Source: Patescibacteria group bacterium
GTDB lineage: Bacteria; Patescibacteriota; Minisyncoccia; Minisyncoccales; Staskawiczbacteraceae
Assembly: GCA_038065835.1 (NCBI GenBank)
Contig: JBBTQB010000007.1
Location: 1-51,420, forward strand
DNA: 51,420 nt
Reading direction: 5' to 3'
How positions within the stretch are numbered: the first letter of the stretch is position 1; every line of letters starts with the position of its first letter. The notes beneath the pieces are model-generated. The model made no database searches. It was not told the origin of the DNA and saw only the letters and a list, made by a program, of their open reading frames with translations. The position numbers and the translations under genes were made by a program. Of the stretch, positions 32,872 to 41,635 are shown one piece after another.

Positions 32872-33805
32872 TTATTATTTTACCATTGTTATTCGCGCTT
32901 TTTTTTATGGCAAACAAAACTTTTAGAACTTCCAATCCGTCCTGCCCCGTGCTTTGAGGCCGTTCTCTTTTTTCTAAGCAAGAGACAATATGCCAAACCA
33001 TTTGAGCCATTAAACTTCTCTGGCTTCCTATTTTTAAATTATTGTAACTTATCTGCATCCCTAATTTTTTAAGAAATAATTTATTCTTTTCACCATAGAA
33101 AGACCATTCGGTAAGTTTTTGCTTTTCGCTTACAGATTGAAGAAATGCCCTTGCTCCACTTTTAAAGAAGATTATTGCATCAACGTTTTTATCTCTTTTG
33201 GGGTTGGATGTTAAATTATTGTAAAAACCAATTACCTCCTTTACTTCGCCTAGAAACATTCTCAGTAAATCCATAATATGGGTTCCATTATTAAAAAGAC
33301 CATTGTGGTAAGCCGAATAAGATTGCAACACGTTTCCCAAAATTCCATTCTTAACTTTTCTTTGCCATCTTTGTATTAAAGAATCAAAGTGCCTTGAGTG
33401 GTTTACAAACAAAAGGCATTTTTTCTGACGACACAATTTAACCATCTCTTTGGCTTCCCCAAGAGAATCAGCAATTGGTTTTTCACAAACTATTGCTTTT
33501 ACTCCCAAGCCCGCTGCCATTTTAACAAACTTATAGTGGGTATTAGTATGAGTCGCTACCGAGACAATATCGGGTTTGGTTTCTTTAAGCATCTTTTTGG
33601 CTGATGAATATAAAGAGACGTCTGGAAAAAGTTTCTTAGCTTTTTTTAATTTTTCAGAATCAATATCACAAAGACCTACCAATTCAATTTTGGAGTTTTT
33701 AAAATAAGCCGCGGCGTGAGTAGCTGGCCTTACGTTTCTTGAGTAATTCCATTCTTGGGCTCCAATCCGACCGCAACCAATAACTACTGCTTTGTATTTT
33801 TTCAC
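32858..33805 (-). CDS. Gfo/Idh/MocA-family sugar-nucleotide oxidoreductase
   Basis: 315 aa. N-terminal Rossmann KAVVIGCGRIG. GTG start at 33805 embedded in the repeat terminus. Confidence 0.8.
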   Translation of the reverse strand: MKKYKAVVIGCGRIGAQEWNYSRNVRPATHAAAYFKNSKIELVGLCDIDSEKLKKAKKLFPDVSLYSSAKKMLKETKPDIVSVATHTNTHYKFVKMAAGLGVKAIVCEKPIADSLGEAKEMVKLCRQKKCLLFVNHSRHFDSLIQRWQRKVKNGILGNVLQSYSAYHNGLFNNGTHIMDLLRMFLGEVKEVIGFYNNLTSNPKRDKNVDAIIFFKSGARAFLQSVSEKQKLTEWSFYGEKNKLFLKKLGMQISYNNLKIGSQRSLMAQMVWHIVSCLEKRERPQSTGQDGLEVLKVLFAIKKSANNNGKIINVVH

Positions 33806-34027
33806 CCCGTTAGAAGTATGGGCAAAATGTTAATCATGAGACCTGGTCTTATCAACGAGGCCGGGTCTCGTTGTGACAATTTGCTTGCTCTTTGTTAATA
33901 ATTATCATATTAAATTTTGACTCATTAAAGCTTTTTACTACCTTATCCAAACCCCGTTAGAGGTTTGTTTCTTTTGCATTTACCTTAAAGCTCCTTGACC
34001 TCTAACGGGGCAAACTTCTAACGGGGT
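33804..34027. repeat. Family-B stop-to-start palindromic element (long copy 1, with nested insert)
   Basis: Termini ACCCCGTTAGAAGT (33804-33817) and ACTTCTAACGGGGT (34014-34027). Nested pair at 33951-33964 / 33998-34010. A 44-nt G+C-rich insert (33831-33874) splits a hairpin that is intact in the 23481-23670 copy. Confidence 0.9.
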
Positions 34028-34894
34028 TCATTCTTTTACACAATCAACCAAGAAAGCATTGGCCATGAAATGGCCGTACCAATCTTTTGATTTTTTTACT
34101 TCCAATTGTCTTTTAAATCTTTCTAACTTATCTTTATATTTATTTTCTATCAATCTAGGTAGGGGGAAAAAGCTATAAAAATATTTCTGCAATAACCTGA
34201 GTTTGTACTTAGCGAGTTCTTCACCAATCGTTAAGGGGTTGGTTGTTTCAACATAAATATTATCCCTAGCAATCTTAGCTGAATAATCTGGCTTGTTTGG
34301 GTGTGTTATTAGGCTCTCTAGGTCCTTAACTATGCCTTTGCCTAATAACTTTTCTAACCTCAACGGTTCAAAAAACTTCTCTTCAAAAAAATAAATGGTG
34401 TATTTATTGAAAGTGAATAAATCAAAAAGAGCGTTTTGGAAGGTAGCCATCATATGGCCTTTGGGTTTTAGTAAGCGATGAATTTTTATATACAATTGGC
34501 TTCTTTTTTTTGGAGGCAAATACTGAAATACTCCCATTAGAATAACAAAATCAAAAGAATTTTTAGGCAAGCTACCTAATTCTTTGATACTTCCCCTAAT
34601 AATGCTGTCTTCACTAAAACCCGCTTCTTTGAGACGTCCTTTTGCTAATCTGAATAATTCCTTGCCTTTTTCAATTCCCTTAGCTTTAATACCGAGCTTT
34701 AGCATTTTCAATAGCAAAGCTCCCCCGCCGCATCCAAAATCTAAGACAGTAATCTTGCTTTTATTTTTTTCTCTATACTCTGGCAGGATTAACTCAAGAA
34801 ATATTTCGTCTCTGGGAGCATGAGCTGAAAAATAACCTTCGGCTAAATCTTCAAAATACTTTTTTGTTTTTTTGGCATTATATTTATGAACCAT
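34028..34894 (-). CDS. Class I SAM-dependent methyltransferase
   Basis: 288 aa. Motif I VLDFGCGGGALL. Confidence 0.7.
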   Translation of the reverse strand: MVHKYNAKKTKKYFEDLAEGYFSAHAPRDEIFLELILPEYREKNKSKITVLDFGCGGGALLLKMLKLGIKAKGIEKGKELFRLAKGRLKEAGFSEDSIIRGSIKELGSLPKNSFDFVILMGVFQYLPPKKRSQLYIKIHRLLKPKGHMMATFQNALFDLFTFNKYTIYFFEEKFFEPLRLEKLLGKGIVKDLESLITHPNKPDYSAKIARDNIYVETTNPLTIGEELAKYKLRLLQKYFYSFFPLPRLIENKYKDKLERFKRQLEVKKSKDWYGHFMANAFLVDCVKE

Positions 34895-35921
34895 TTTTTA
34901 AGATATTATTTATAAAATTTATTACTTTATAGGTTGAATTATTTCTGGTATATTTTTCAAATTCTTCTTTTTTAGCAAGGGGCTTCCTGAAAATATTTCT
35001 TAAAGCAGAATCAAGCTTTTCCTTTTTGTAAACTGGAAAAGACCAGCCGTTTTTGTTGCTTAAAAGCGTGTCGTTTTTTTTGTTTTTACCTGGCTGATAG
35101 CTAACTACTCTTTTACCCATTAAAGAAGCGTCAACAAGTGCTATGGAATTCATGCCAATTGTTAACTCAGCTTTTTGGGCCAATCTTTTACTATCTTCCT
35201 GTTTGCCTGCTTTTTTAATTTTTAATATTGAATTTTTGATTATATGATCGTACTTTTTCCTATTTTTTTCATCATTTTCCTTTGTTGGGTGGAACTTAAT
35301 AATAATTTCTTTTTCAGGATAAACTCCCTCTAAAACACCGACAATGTCTCTGAAAATTTGCAATTCATGTAAATTTCTTCTTGAAAGGGGTTGGGAATAA
35401 AAAATTACCAAATTCTTCCTCTCTTTAACTTTCTTTCCACCAGACAATATGTCAAAACGGGGAGAGCCGGTGATTTTAATTATAGCCTGTGGAATTCCTA
35501 ATTTCTCCAAATCATCTTTCATTTTTCTATCTATTGCCAAAATAGTATTTGGAAGGCTTGATCCTAATCTTTTTTGGTATGAATCCCATGAATCCAGAAT
35601 GATAACTGTTTTTTTATTTAACTTTTTTGAGGCAACAATGAATTTTTTAGCAATGGAAAATTTAAAATCAGAATCATTGGTATCTGCAAAAACAATATCA
35701 GGATTTATTTTTTTGATTATCTTTTCAATATTTGAAAAAGAGCTGTCAGTTAGTAACCTGCATTTGATTTTTTGATTTCTTGCAAAGCGGTATATGTTTT
35801 TATTATCTGAAAAAAGGAGGACAGTAAATTTTCTATTTTTAATCTTTTCAATTATCGGCAAAAAAATGTCTAGTCCTCCCCTTTGTTCTGCGGCAAAAAT
35901 AATCTTAAAGCTTTTTCTCAT
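34884..35921 (-). CDS. GT-B-like protein of unresolved family (candidate sugar-nucleotide 2-epimerase/hydrolase or capsule-type transferase)
   Basis: 345 aa. Weak resemblance only: ITGSPRFD, IIKFHPT, IGMNSIALVDASLMGKRVV. Confidence 0.3.
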   Translation of the reverse strand: MRKSFKIIFAAEQRGGLDIFLPIIEKIKNRKFTVLLFSDNKNIYRFARNQKIKCRLLTDSSFSNIEKIIKKINPDIVFADTNDSDFKFSIAKKFIVASKKLNKKTVIILDSWDSYQKRLGSSLPNTILAIDRKMKDDLEKLGIPQAIIKITGSPRFDILSGGKKVKERKNLVIFYSQPLSRRNLHELQIFRDIVGVLEGVYPEKEIIIKFHPTKENDEKNRKKYDHIIKNSILKIKKAGKQEDSKRLAQKAELTIGMNSIALVDASLMGKRVVSYQPGKNKKNDTLLSNKNGWSFPVYKKEKLDSALRNIFRKPLAKKEEFEKYTRNNSTYKVINFINNILKNGS

Positions 35922-37203
35922 AATCCTTCAGTGCTTTAATGTTCAACTCAATTTTTTCTATGGCTTTAATAAATAGGTCAATTTCCTTCTTGGTTTGGTT
36001 TGGCTGGCAAATATCCGTGCATAACAGTTCTTTTTCGTACATCCTTTCAGCTACCGGACATATGCCTTTGCTATAATCTATTTGATGTGGGTAATCTTTT
36101 GAAACAAATGGAAACTGGGAGTGAGAGTACACTTCTTTCTTTTGGTACATGGGAAACAAGTAAATGGGCTCTTGGTACCCTTGGCCTAAGGGGAAACCTT
36201 CGGCTTTCATTGCTTTGGCAAAAGTTTCTCTTTTTATTCCAATCTTCCTATCCCAAAATCTGATTGGATACGTATAATAAATATGAATATTTTCTTTGGG
36301 TAGGGAAGGAACAACGAGCCAGTTAAACTTTTTCAACCTTTTGGTCAAATAATTAGCTAATATTATTTTTTTATTATTTAGTTTTTTAAGTTTTTTAAGC
36401 TGCTCTGTAACAATTACTGCCTGTAACTCTGTCATACGATAATTACTTCCCAAAACTGGCTCAAAGACACCCTTATTCTTCAAATCATTCATTACTGCCT
36501 CTCCATGATTTCTTATTAACTGGGTGCGAAAAGCGTAGTTTTTATTGTTAGTTACCAGCATACCACCCTCACCAGATTGAATGACTTTATGAACATTAAA
36601 ACTAAATATTCCAATATCGCCTATCGTGGCTAAAAATTTATTTTTGTAAGTAGCTCCAGCTGATTGGGCATTATCTTCAATAATTTTTAAATTATATTTT
36701 TTAGCTATCTTTAAAATTTTACTATAATCAGCAGTTCCACCAAATAAATTAACGGTTAAAATGGCTTTGGTGTTTTTGTTTATCAATGGTTCAATTTTAT
36801 CTGGATCGATACAAAAATCATTTTCATTAATATCACAAAATACGGGCAAGGCATTGTTAAAAAGAATAGCTGAAGCTGTAGCTGACATGGTAAAAGGCGT
36901 AGTAATGACTTCGTCGCCGGGCCCAATACCCAAAGCCCCAATAGCTGCCTGCAGAGCGGTTGAAGCTGAATTGAAAGAAACAGCATACTTTATTTTGAAG
37001 TATTGGCAAAACTTTTTTTCTAATTCTTTTACATAATGTCCCCCTAAAAAATACTGCCCTTCCCTGCCCAAAAAAGCAGAAAGAACTTTAGTCTTCATCA
37101 CCTTTAAAGCAGCTCTTTCTTCTTCTTTTCCCAGCGAGTTGTAAGGTGGCAGTGGATTTTTCAACACCGGCCTGCCTCCAAAAATAGCGAGTTTATTTTT
37201 CAT
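35905..37203 (-). CDS. DegT/DnrJ/EryC1/StrS sugar aminotransferase (long form)
   Basis: 432 aa. PLP lysine in FSFNVHKVIQSGEGGMLVT. Confidence 0.8.
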   Translation of the reverse strand: MKNKLAIFGGRPVLKNPLPPYNSLGKEEERAALKVMKTKVLSAFLGREGQYFLGGHYVKELEKKFCQYFKIKYAVSFNSASTALQAAIGALGIGPGDEVITTPFTMSATASAILFNNALPVFCDINENDFCIDPDKIEPLINKNTKAILTVNLFGGTADYSKILKIAKKYNLKIIEDNAQSAGATYKNKFLATIGDIGIFSFNVHKVIQSGEGGMLVTNNKNYAFRTQLIRNHGEAVMNDLKNKGVFEPVLGSNYRMTELQAVIVTEQLKKLKKLNNKKIILANYLTKRLKKFNWLVVPSLPKENIHIYYTYPIRFWDRKIGIKRETFAKAMKAEGFPLGQGYQEPIYLFPMYQKKEVYSHSQFPFVSKDYPHQIDYSKGICPVAERMYEKELLCTDICQPNQTKKEIDLFIKAIEKIELNIKALKDYEKKL

Positions 37204-37228
37204 GTTTTTTAAGAATCATAAATCATTC

Positions 37229-37284
37229 ACCCGGTTAAATAGCCCAAGGGGCTAATTTCGCAAAGCGAAATTATTTAACTGGGT
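37229..37284. repeat. Family-F structured element, intergenic copy
   Basis: ACCCGGTTAAAT (37229-37240) and ATTTAACTGGGT (37273-37284). Hairpins AGCCC-aag-GGGCT and AATTTCGC-aaa-GCGAAATT. Followed by the tandem repeat (AAATCGT x3). Confidence 0.85.
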
Positions 37285-37308
37285 AAATCGTAAATCGTAA
37301 ATCAAAAA

Positions 37309-38568
37309 TCAATCACCTTCCCACCCTCGACCAATTAAAACATATTTATCTTCCTTTTCTTTTACTCCCACTCCTTCTCTTTTGTTAATAATAAATTGAC
37401 AATTATCCTTTTTAGTTAATCTAGCCGAATCAACGCCCTCATCTTTTGCATGATTGATTACAGAATCTTGGAGTTGCCACTGATTTCTTTTATTCTTTTT
37501 CCAAATTTCTGGATCTCTTTTCTTGTCAATATAAGACCAGAATTCCTTTTCTGGCATTGAAATCCAACTTAAAAATAATTGTAAGGCTTTTTTGCTTGGT
37601 TTTAAATTCTGATATTTTCTTACAAGTTCAATCCCCTTTTCCTGGGTTAGGCGCTTTAACCTAATTTCTCTAGTTGCATGATCGGTAGCTTTTCCGTAAC
37701 CCCATTTTAAAAATTTAATATAATCATGTAATTCAGAATAATTAAAACAGTCTACATCGTTATATGTGTCAAAAGTTCTTGGCTGCAAAACTGTTTTGTA
37801 GCCATAAAGATTTATCATCAACTCGTGCTGTTTTTTTGAGTCCCAGCGGATATAATTTGAAAGATAAATTCCTCTGACTCCAACTTTTTCTATTTCCTTA
37901 TCGTGAGGGTATTTATAGGGAGTAACATCACTTTCTGATATATTGTCATCAATCAAATCTTCCGATTCAAAACCCATCAAATCATGGTCTTTTCTATACC
38001 TTCTCGTCATTTCTACCTCGTCTAAATGGCTAAACTGACCAACTTGGTCAACTCCTTGATGAACCCCCCAAATGATAAGAGGAATTTTAAATCTAACAGC
38101 GATTTGAACCGGAAAAACAGTCTGCCCGGCAATACAATGCCAGTATACGCTGCCCATTTTTTCTATTGTATACCTCGTTATCTTCTTAACGGTTTCTGGG
38201 GAAATCGTTAAAGTAAATAAATCGCATCCAAAAATGGTTTTTAAATAGGCTAAGTTTCTTATTCCCAATTTTGTGTTGTATTGCTTGTTGTAAGTTACCA
38301 ATAAAGGATGCATTTTATAAACATTTTTTACGGTATGAACTATAAAATAAGAATCTCTAGCTCCGCTAACTGGTATAATGCAGTCATAATTTTTGCCGTC
38401 TTTATTTCTATACTGCTCCAGTATTTTTTTTAATTTTTTCTCACGCTCCGACCAATTAATAACGTCTTTTTCTCCATGGATAAGACACCCGCTGCAAACA
38501 CTTTTTTCATTAAAGATTATGCCAAGAGGATGATTTGCTGGGTATAAACATCTTACACAATATTTCAT
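37309..38568 (-). CDS. N-acetyl sugar amidotransferase (WbuX/PseA/LfnA-type PP-loop enzyme), copy 2
   Basis: 419 aa. N-terminal Cys cluster CVRCLYP...CSGC. PP-loop-like IIPVSGARDS. Confidence 0.75.
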   Translation of the reverse strand: MKYCVRCLYPANHPLGIIFNEKSVCSGCLIHGEKDVINWSEREKKLKKILEQYRNKDGKNYDCIIPVSGARDSYFIVHTVKNVYKMHPLLVTYNKQYNTKLGIRNLAYLKTIFGCDLFTLTISPETVKKITRYTIEKMGSVYWHCIAGQTVFPVQIAVRFKIPLIIWGVHQGVDQVGQFSHLDEVEMTRRYRKDHDLMGFESEDLIDDNISESDVTPYKYPHDKEIEKVGVRGIYLSNYIRWDSKKQHELMINLYGYKTVLQPRTFDTYNDVDCFNYSELHDYIKFLKWGYGKATDHATREIRLKRLTQEKGIELVRKYQNLKPSKKALQLFLSWISMPEKEFWSYIDKKRDPEIWKKNKRNQWQLQDSVINHAKDEGVDSARLTKKDNCQFIINKREGVGVKEKEDKYVLIGRGWEGD

Positions 38569-38587
38569 AATTTACTGCGATAAATTT

Positions 38588-38672
38588 CCTACGAATAGCG
38601 AATATTTTCGAATTACGAATTATTACGTGTGATTTTTTTTATTCGTAATTCGTTGCATTCGTAATTCGTAGG
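38588..38672. repeat. Family-D repeat array (ATTCGTAATTCGT direct and inverted)
   Basis: CCTACGAAT (38588-38596) pairs with ATTCGTAGG (38664-38672). CGAATTACGAAT (38609-38620) pairs with ATTCGTAATTCG (38641-38652). A second direct copy is at 38657-38669. Confidence 0.8.
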
Positions 38673-38676
38673 GCCT

Positions 38677-39546
38677 TTATATAATTTCTTCTTTAATATA
38701 TTCGAATCTAAGCTTATCTAAATAATTTTCCGGCCTTTTTGCTATTCTCCCGTTTTCCACAAAATTTATCTCTTGGTAATTGGCATAGGTATCTAATCTA
38801 ACATCTACCCCTTTTTTAATTAAAAATGATTTTAACGTTATCGGACTATGTTCTGTAAAATGGAAAAAGTTTCCTGCAGCCGAGGCCAAAGCGCTAGTTT
38901 TAGTGAAAACTTCCAAGAAATGTTTGGGCTGCCCAGCTCCTCCGCAGGCAATGACAGGGATTGAAACAGCTTTACTTATTTTTTTAATTATCTGCAGGTC
39001 ATAGCCTCGTTTTGAGCCATCCCTATCAATAGAATTAAGCAATATTTCTCCGGCCCCCAAATTTTCAACTTCTCTTGCCCATTTTACGGGATCCAATCCA
39101 GTAGGATTTTTGCCATTGTCAGAATAAACTTCATATTTGCCGTTTTTTCTTTTTACATCCATGGAAACTACGATGCACTGGTTTCCAAAAATTTCTGCTG
39201 CCTTTTTAATGATACTTGGATTTTTTAATGCCAATGCATTGATTGAAATTTTATCTGCCCCTTCTCGTATGATTTTCCTCATATCATCCAAGTTTCTTAT
39301 TCCTCCTCCTACAGTTAATGGCACGAAACTTTTTTTAGAAACTTCTGTTATCAATTTAAAATCTGGTCCCTTACCCTGCCTCGTTTTATCAATGTCAAGC
39401 AAAATTATCTCGTCTATGCCCCACTTATTTAAAAATTCAATACAAACACCAATGCTTCCAATCGGCAAATACTTTTTAAATCCTACGCTTTGCACAACAA
39501 TTCCGTCTTTAATGATTAATGTAGCGACAATTCTTTTTTTAAGCAT
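38677..39546 (-). CDS. HisF-like cyclase subunit (WbuZ-type) of a glycan amidotransferase complex
   Basis: 289 aa. LLDIDKT, TVGGGIR, NSIDRDGSKRGYD, ACGGAG. Confidence 0.85.
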   Translation of the reverse strand: MLKKRIVATLIIKDGIVVQSVGFKKYLPIGSIGVCIEFLNKWGIDEIILLDIDKTRQGKGPDFKLITEVSKKSFVPLTVGGGIRNLDDMRKIIREGADKISINALALKNPSIIKKAAEIFGNQCIVVSMDVKRKNGKYEVYSDNGKNPTGLDPVKWAREVENLGAGEILLNSIDRDGSKRGYDLQIIKKISKAVSIPVIACGGAGQPKHFLEVFTKTSALASAAGNFFHFTEHSPITLKSFLIKKGVDVRLDTYANYQEINFVENGRIAKRPENYLDKLRFEYIKEEII

Positions 39547-39552
39547 AGTAAT

Positions 39553-41589
39553 TTATTCCCTTGCGCTTTTTAACGCACTATAAAATGTTTCGTATTCTTT
39601 TACTAATTGGTAGTCATCAACATTCGCAACAAGATCATCATATTTTTGTGCATTTATAGTTTTTAAAGACTGACGTATTTTCTCAAAAACACCCTTGATT
39701 TTTTCTTCGGACGGATTTCTGGTGTCGACTATATATTCATAATGGCTTAATATGGGCGATTTGCTTAATAAGTATTTTAGTTCCGTAGCATCTTCTTCTT
39801 TTGTTCCAGGTGAAAAATCAAAGAATAATTCTGGCATAGCTTCCCTCATTTTTACTCTAAATCTTGGACTCTCTTTGAGGAGTTTCTCAAAATCTTTATG
39901 AGATTTTAATTCTTCAAACACTTCCCTTTGTAGGTTGTTATCTAAAAAAATCAACGATTGTGCATGGTAATCTGAAAGTGTTTTATTTTTTAAGTAATTT
40001 TTAAGAATACCCCTAAAATCTAGTTCAGAATTTGTTTGCGAAATCTTATATAGCGTTTCAATTTCAGTCCTGTCTGCACTCTCTGCAATTTTTAAGTATT
40101 CTTGTCCAATTGCTTTAATAAATGGTTTTGGTAGTCCCTGCGGCACTCCTTGTTTTTTCATCAGTTCCAATGCTCTTGATACATAAAACTGCTTTTCTTC
40201 TTCTGGGCTTACATGACCTCCTACATCACCAGGTTTTTCCATTTTCAAGGCATAAAAAGACAGAATGTGTTTTAATTGTTCTTCCTTATTTGGAGCAGTA
40301 TCTTTAAGGTCTTTTCCAATTGCATTAACCACAGGCTCCATTCTGGTGAGCGTATAATCTAAACCTTCTATCTCTTTAGTATCTAAATTTCTCTTTGCCC
40401 ACGTAGTATCAATGATAACCGCATTTGCAGCACCCCCTCTTGAAACAGTAACGAATGTATTCCAAGCATGTCCGCTCTTATTCATTTGTTGCTTGTTCCA
40501 ATCCTCTCTTTTGGGAGCAAAAGTTTCTGTGCCTTTTTCATATAGGCAATAAGTATCACGAAGTTGACTGAACTGCGTTTGGTTTTCCTTTAATGCTTCA
40601 AAAACTGCTTTAATAGCACTGGCAAAATTTCTGCAGACTCCATTACCCTTCCAATCTTTATTATCTCTTTTTTTCTTTCCTTCTTTCAAAAGTTCCAAGG
40701 TAGTGCTTTCATCTGCCTCTGTTTTTTCTGGCTCACCCGTATAAATTCCTTTGTATTTTTTTACATCACTCCACTTATATTTCGTTAAATCAATAACTAT
40801 TTGAGTTGCTAACTCTATTGCTTGTTTTGGAGTAAGTGCATCTAAATGTTCAATTTTTAACTGCTTCAAAATGTCTTGACCATCCTTTTGGAGATGTTCA
40901 GAAACAAAAGCAAAGAGCTTTTTCTCCCAATCTTTTTCTTTAATTGTTTCTTGATACGTTGAAGCTCCCGGTTCAGTTCCGTCCAGTCTTCCTTCCCCTA
41001 TTAAATACTTTTTAATGGAATCTGGTATTTCGTGAGTCTCTTTTGACGGGGCAACATTTGGATTAAATGCGGTAAGTTCTTCAAAGGCAATCTTTTCATT
41101 TTCAGCTGTTTTAATTTCAAGCAAGGGATTACGTGTTAACTTTTCCTCATCTTTTCTCCTTTCTAAAAAATAATCCTTAGCTTCGTTCCAGGTATCAAAT
41201 TCTTTATAGGTTGTGCCAATATAATGACCTGTTTTTGTATCAACTAATCCCGGAAGCATAACTCTAAATTTGCCCTCTGGATTTTCATCAATTCTGAAGA
41301 AATATTTTGAATATGTTTTTTCCAGCGAGGCTCTTTCAAATTGCTCTTTCACATCTTCTTTTACTTGTTCTACGGCTGTCTCAGCTTCTTGTCTTGTTTC
41401 AAAAATTTTCTTGGTTGTTCCAAAAATCAACCTTTTATTTTTATCCAAAAGACCGGGCATATTAACTTCAAAACCATTTTCAACTGGACTTATTTCATAC
41501 AAACCTATCACAGATTTCTTTTTTTCTGGCTTTAACCGTTCTTTATTATCTTGTGATTGTTGTTGTGACTGCTCATTTTTTTTTGACAT
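39553..41589 (-). CDS. Large cytoplasmic protein with transglutaminase/papain-like Cys-His-Asp core and duplicated N-terminal module
   Basis: 678 aa, no signal peptide. Candidate triad GVCRNFA / SGHAWNTFV / IIDTTW. Two ~50-aa N-terminal repeats (NGFEVNMPGLLDKNKRLIFGTTKKIFETRQEAE and GKFRVMLPGLVDTKTGHYIGTTYKEFDTWNEAK). Confidence 0.45.
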   Translation of the reverse strand: MSKKNEQSQQQSQDNKERLKPEKKKSVIGLYEISPVENGFEVNMPGLLDKNKRLIFGTTKKIFETRQEAETAVEQVKEDVKEQFERASLEKTYSKYFFRIDENPEGKFRVMLPGLVDTKTGHYIGTTYKEFDTWNEAKDYFLERRKDEEKLTRNPLLEIKTAENEKIAFEELTAFNPNVAPSKETHEIPDSIKKYLIGEGRLDGTEPGASTYQETIKEKDWEKKLFAFVSEHLQKDGQDILKQLKIEHLDALTPKQAIELATQIVIDLTKYKWSDVKKYKGIYTGEPEKTEADESTTLELLKEGKKKRDNKDWKGNGVCRNFASAIKAVFEALKENQTQFSQLRDTYCLYEKGTETFAPKREDWNKQQMNKSGHAWNTFVTVSRGGAANAVIIDTTWAKRNLDTKEIEGLDYTLTRMEPVVNAIGKDLKDTAPNKEEQLKHILSFYALKMEKPGDVGGHVSPEEEKQFYVSRALELMKKQGVPQGLPKPFIKAIGQEYLKIAESADRTEIETLYKISQTNSELDFRGILKNYLKNKTLSDYHAQSLIFLDNNLQREVFEELKSHKDFEKLLKESPRFRVKMREAMPELFFDFSPGTKEEDATELKYLLSKSPILSHYEYIVDTRNPSEEKIKGVFEKIRQSLKTINAQKYDDLVANVDDYQLVKEYETFYSALKSARE

Positions 41590-41635
41590 AAGTTCAATAT
41601 CTGACCAATCATCTGCGAGATGGACAAATTACTCA

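Noticed and set aside
33804-34027. Family-B elements as integron attC sites / the locus as a cassette array
   Set aside because: The appeal was co-directional genes each followed by an imperfect palindrome containing GTTAGA/TCTAAC. However, the GTTRRR-like word is on the 5' arm and the YYYAAC-like word on the 3' arm. That is the reverse of the attC R''...R' order on either strand. No integron integrase or attI is present, and copies also occur inside genes.
39137-39583. 148-aa plus-strand ORF antisense to the HisF-like gene. Similar long antisense ORFs lie at 28892-29275, 41270-41641, 35449-35775, 42215-42544, 12660-12965 and 43827-44132.
   Set aside because: All lie opposite genes with strong family motifs. 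They have F/L/S/I-rich low-complexity composition, as expected for the reverse complement of K/E/N-rich AT-rich genes. They have no recognisable motifs or RBS, and no intergenic space of their own.
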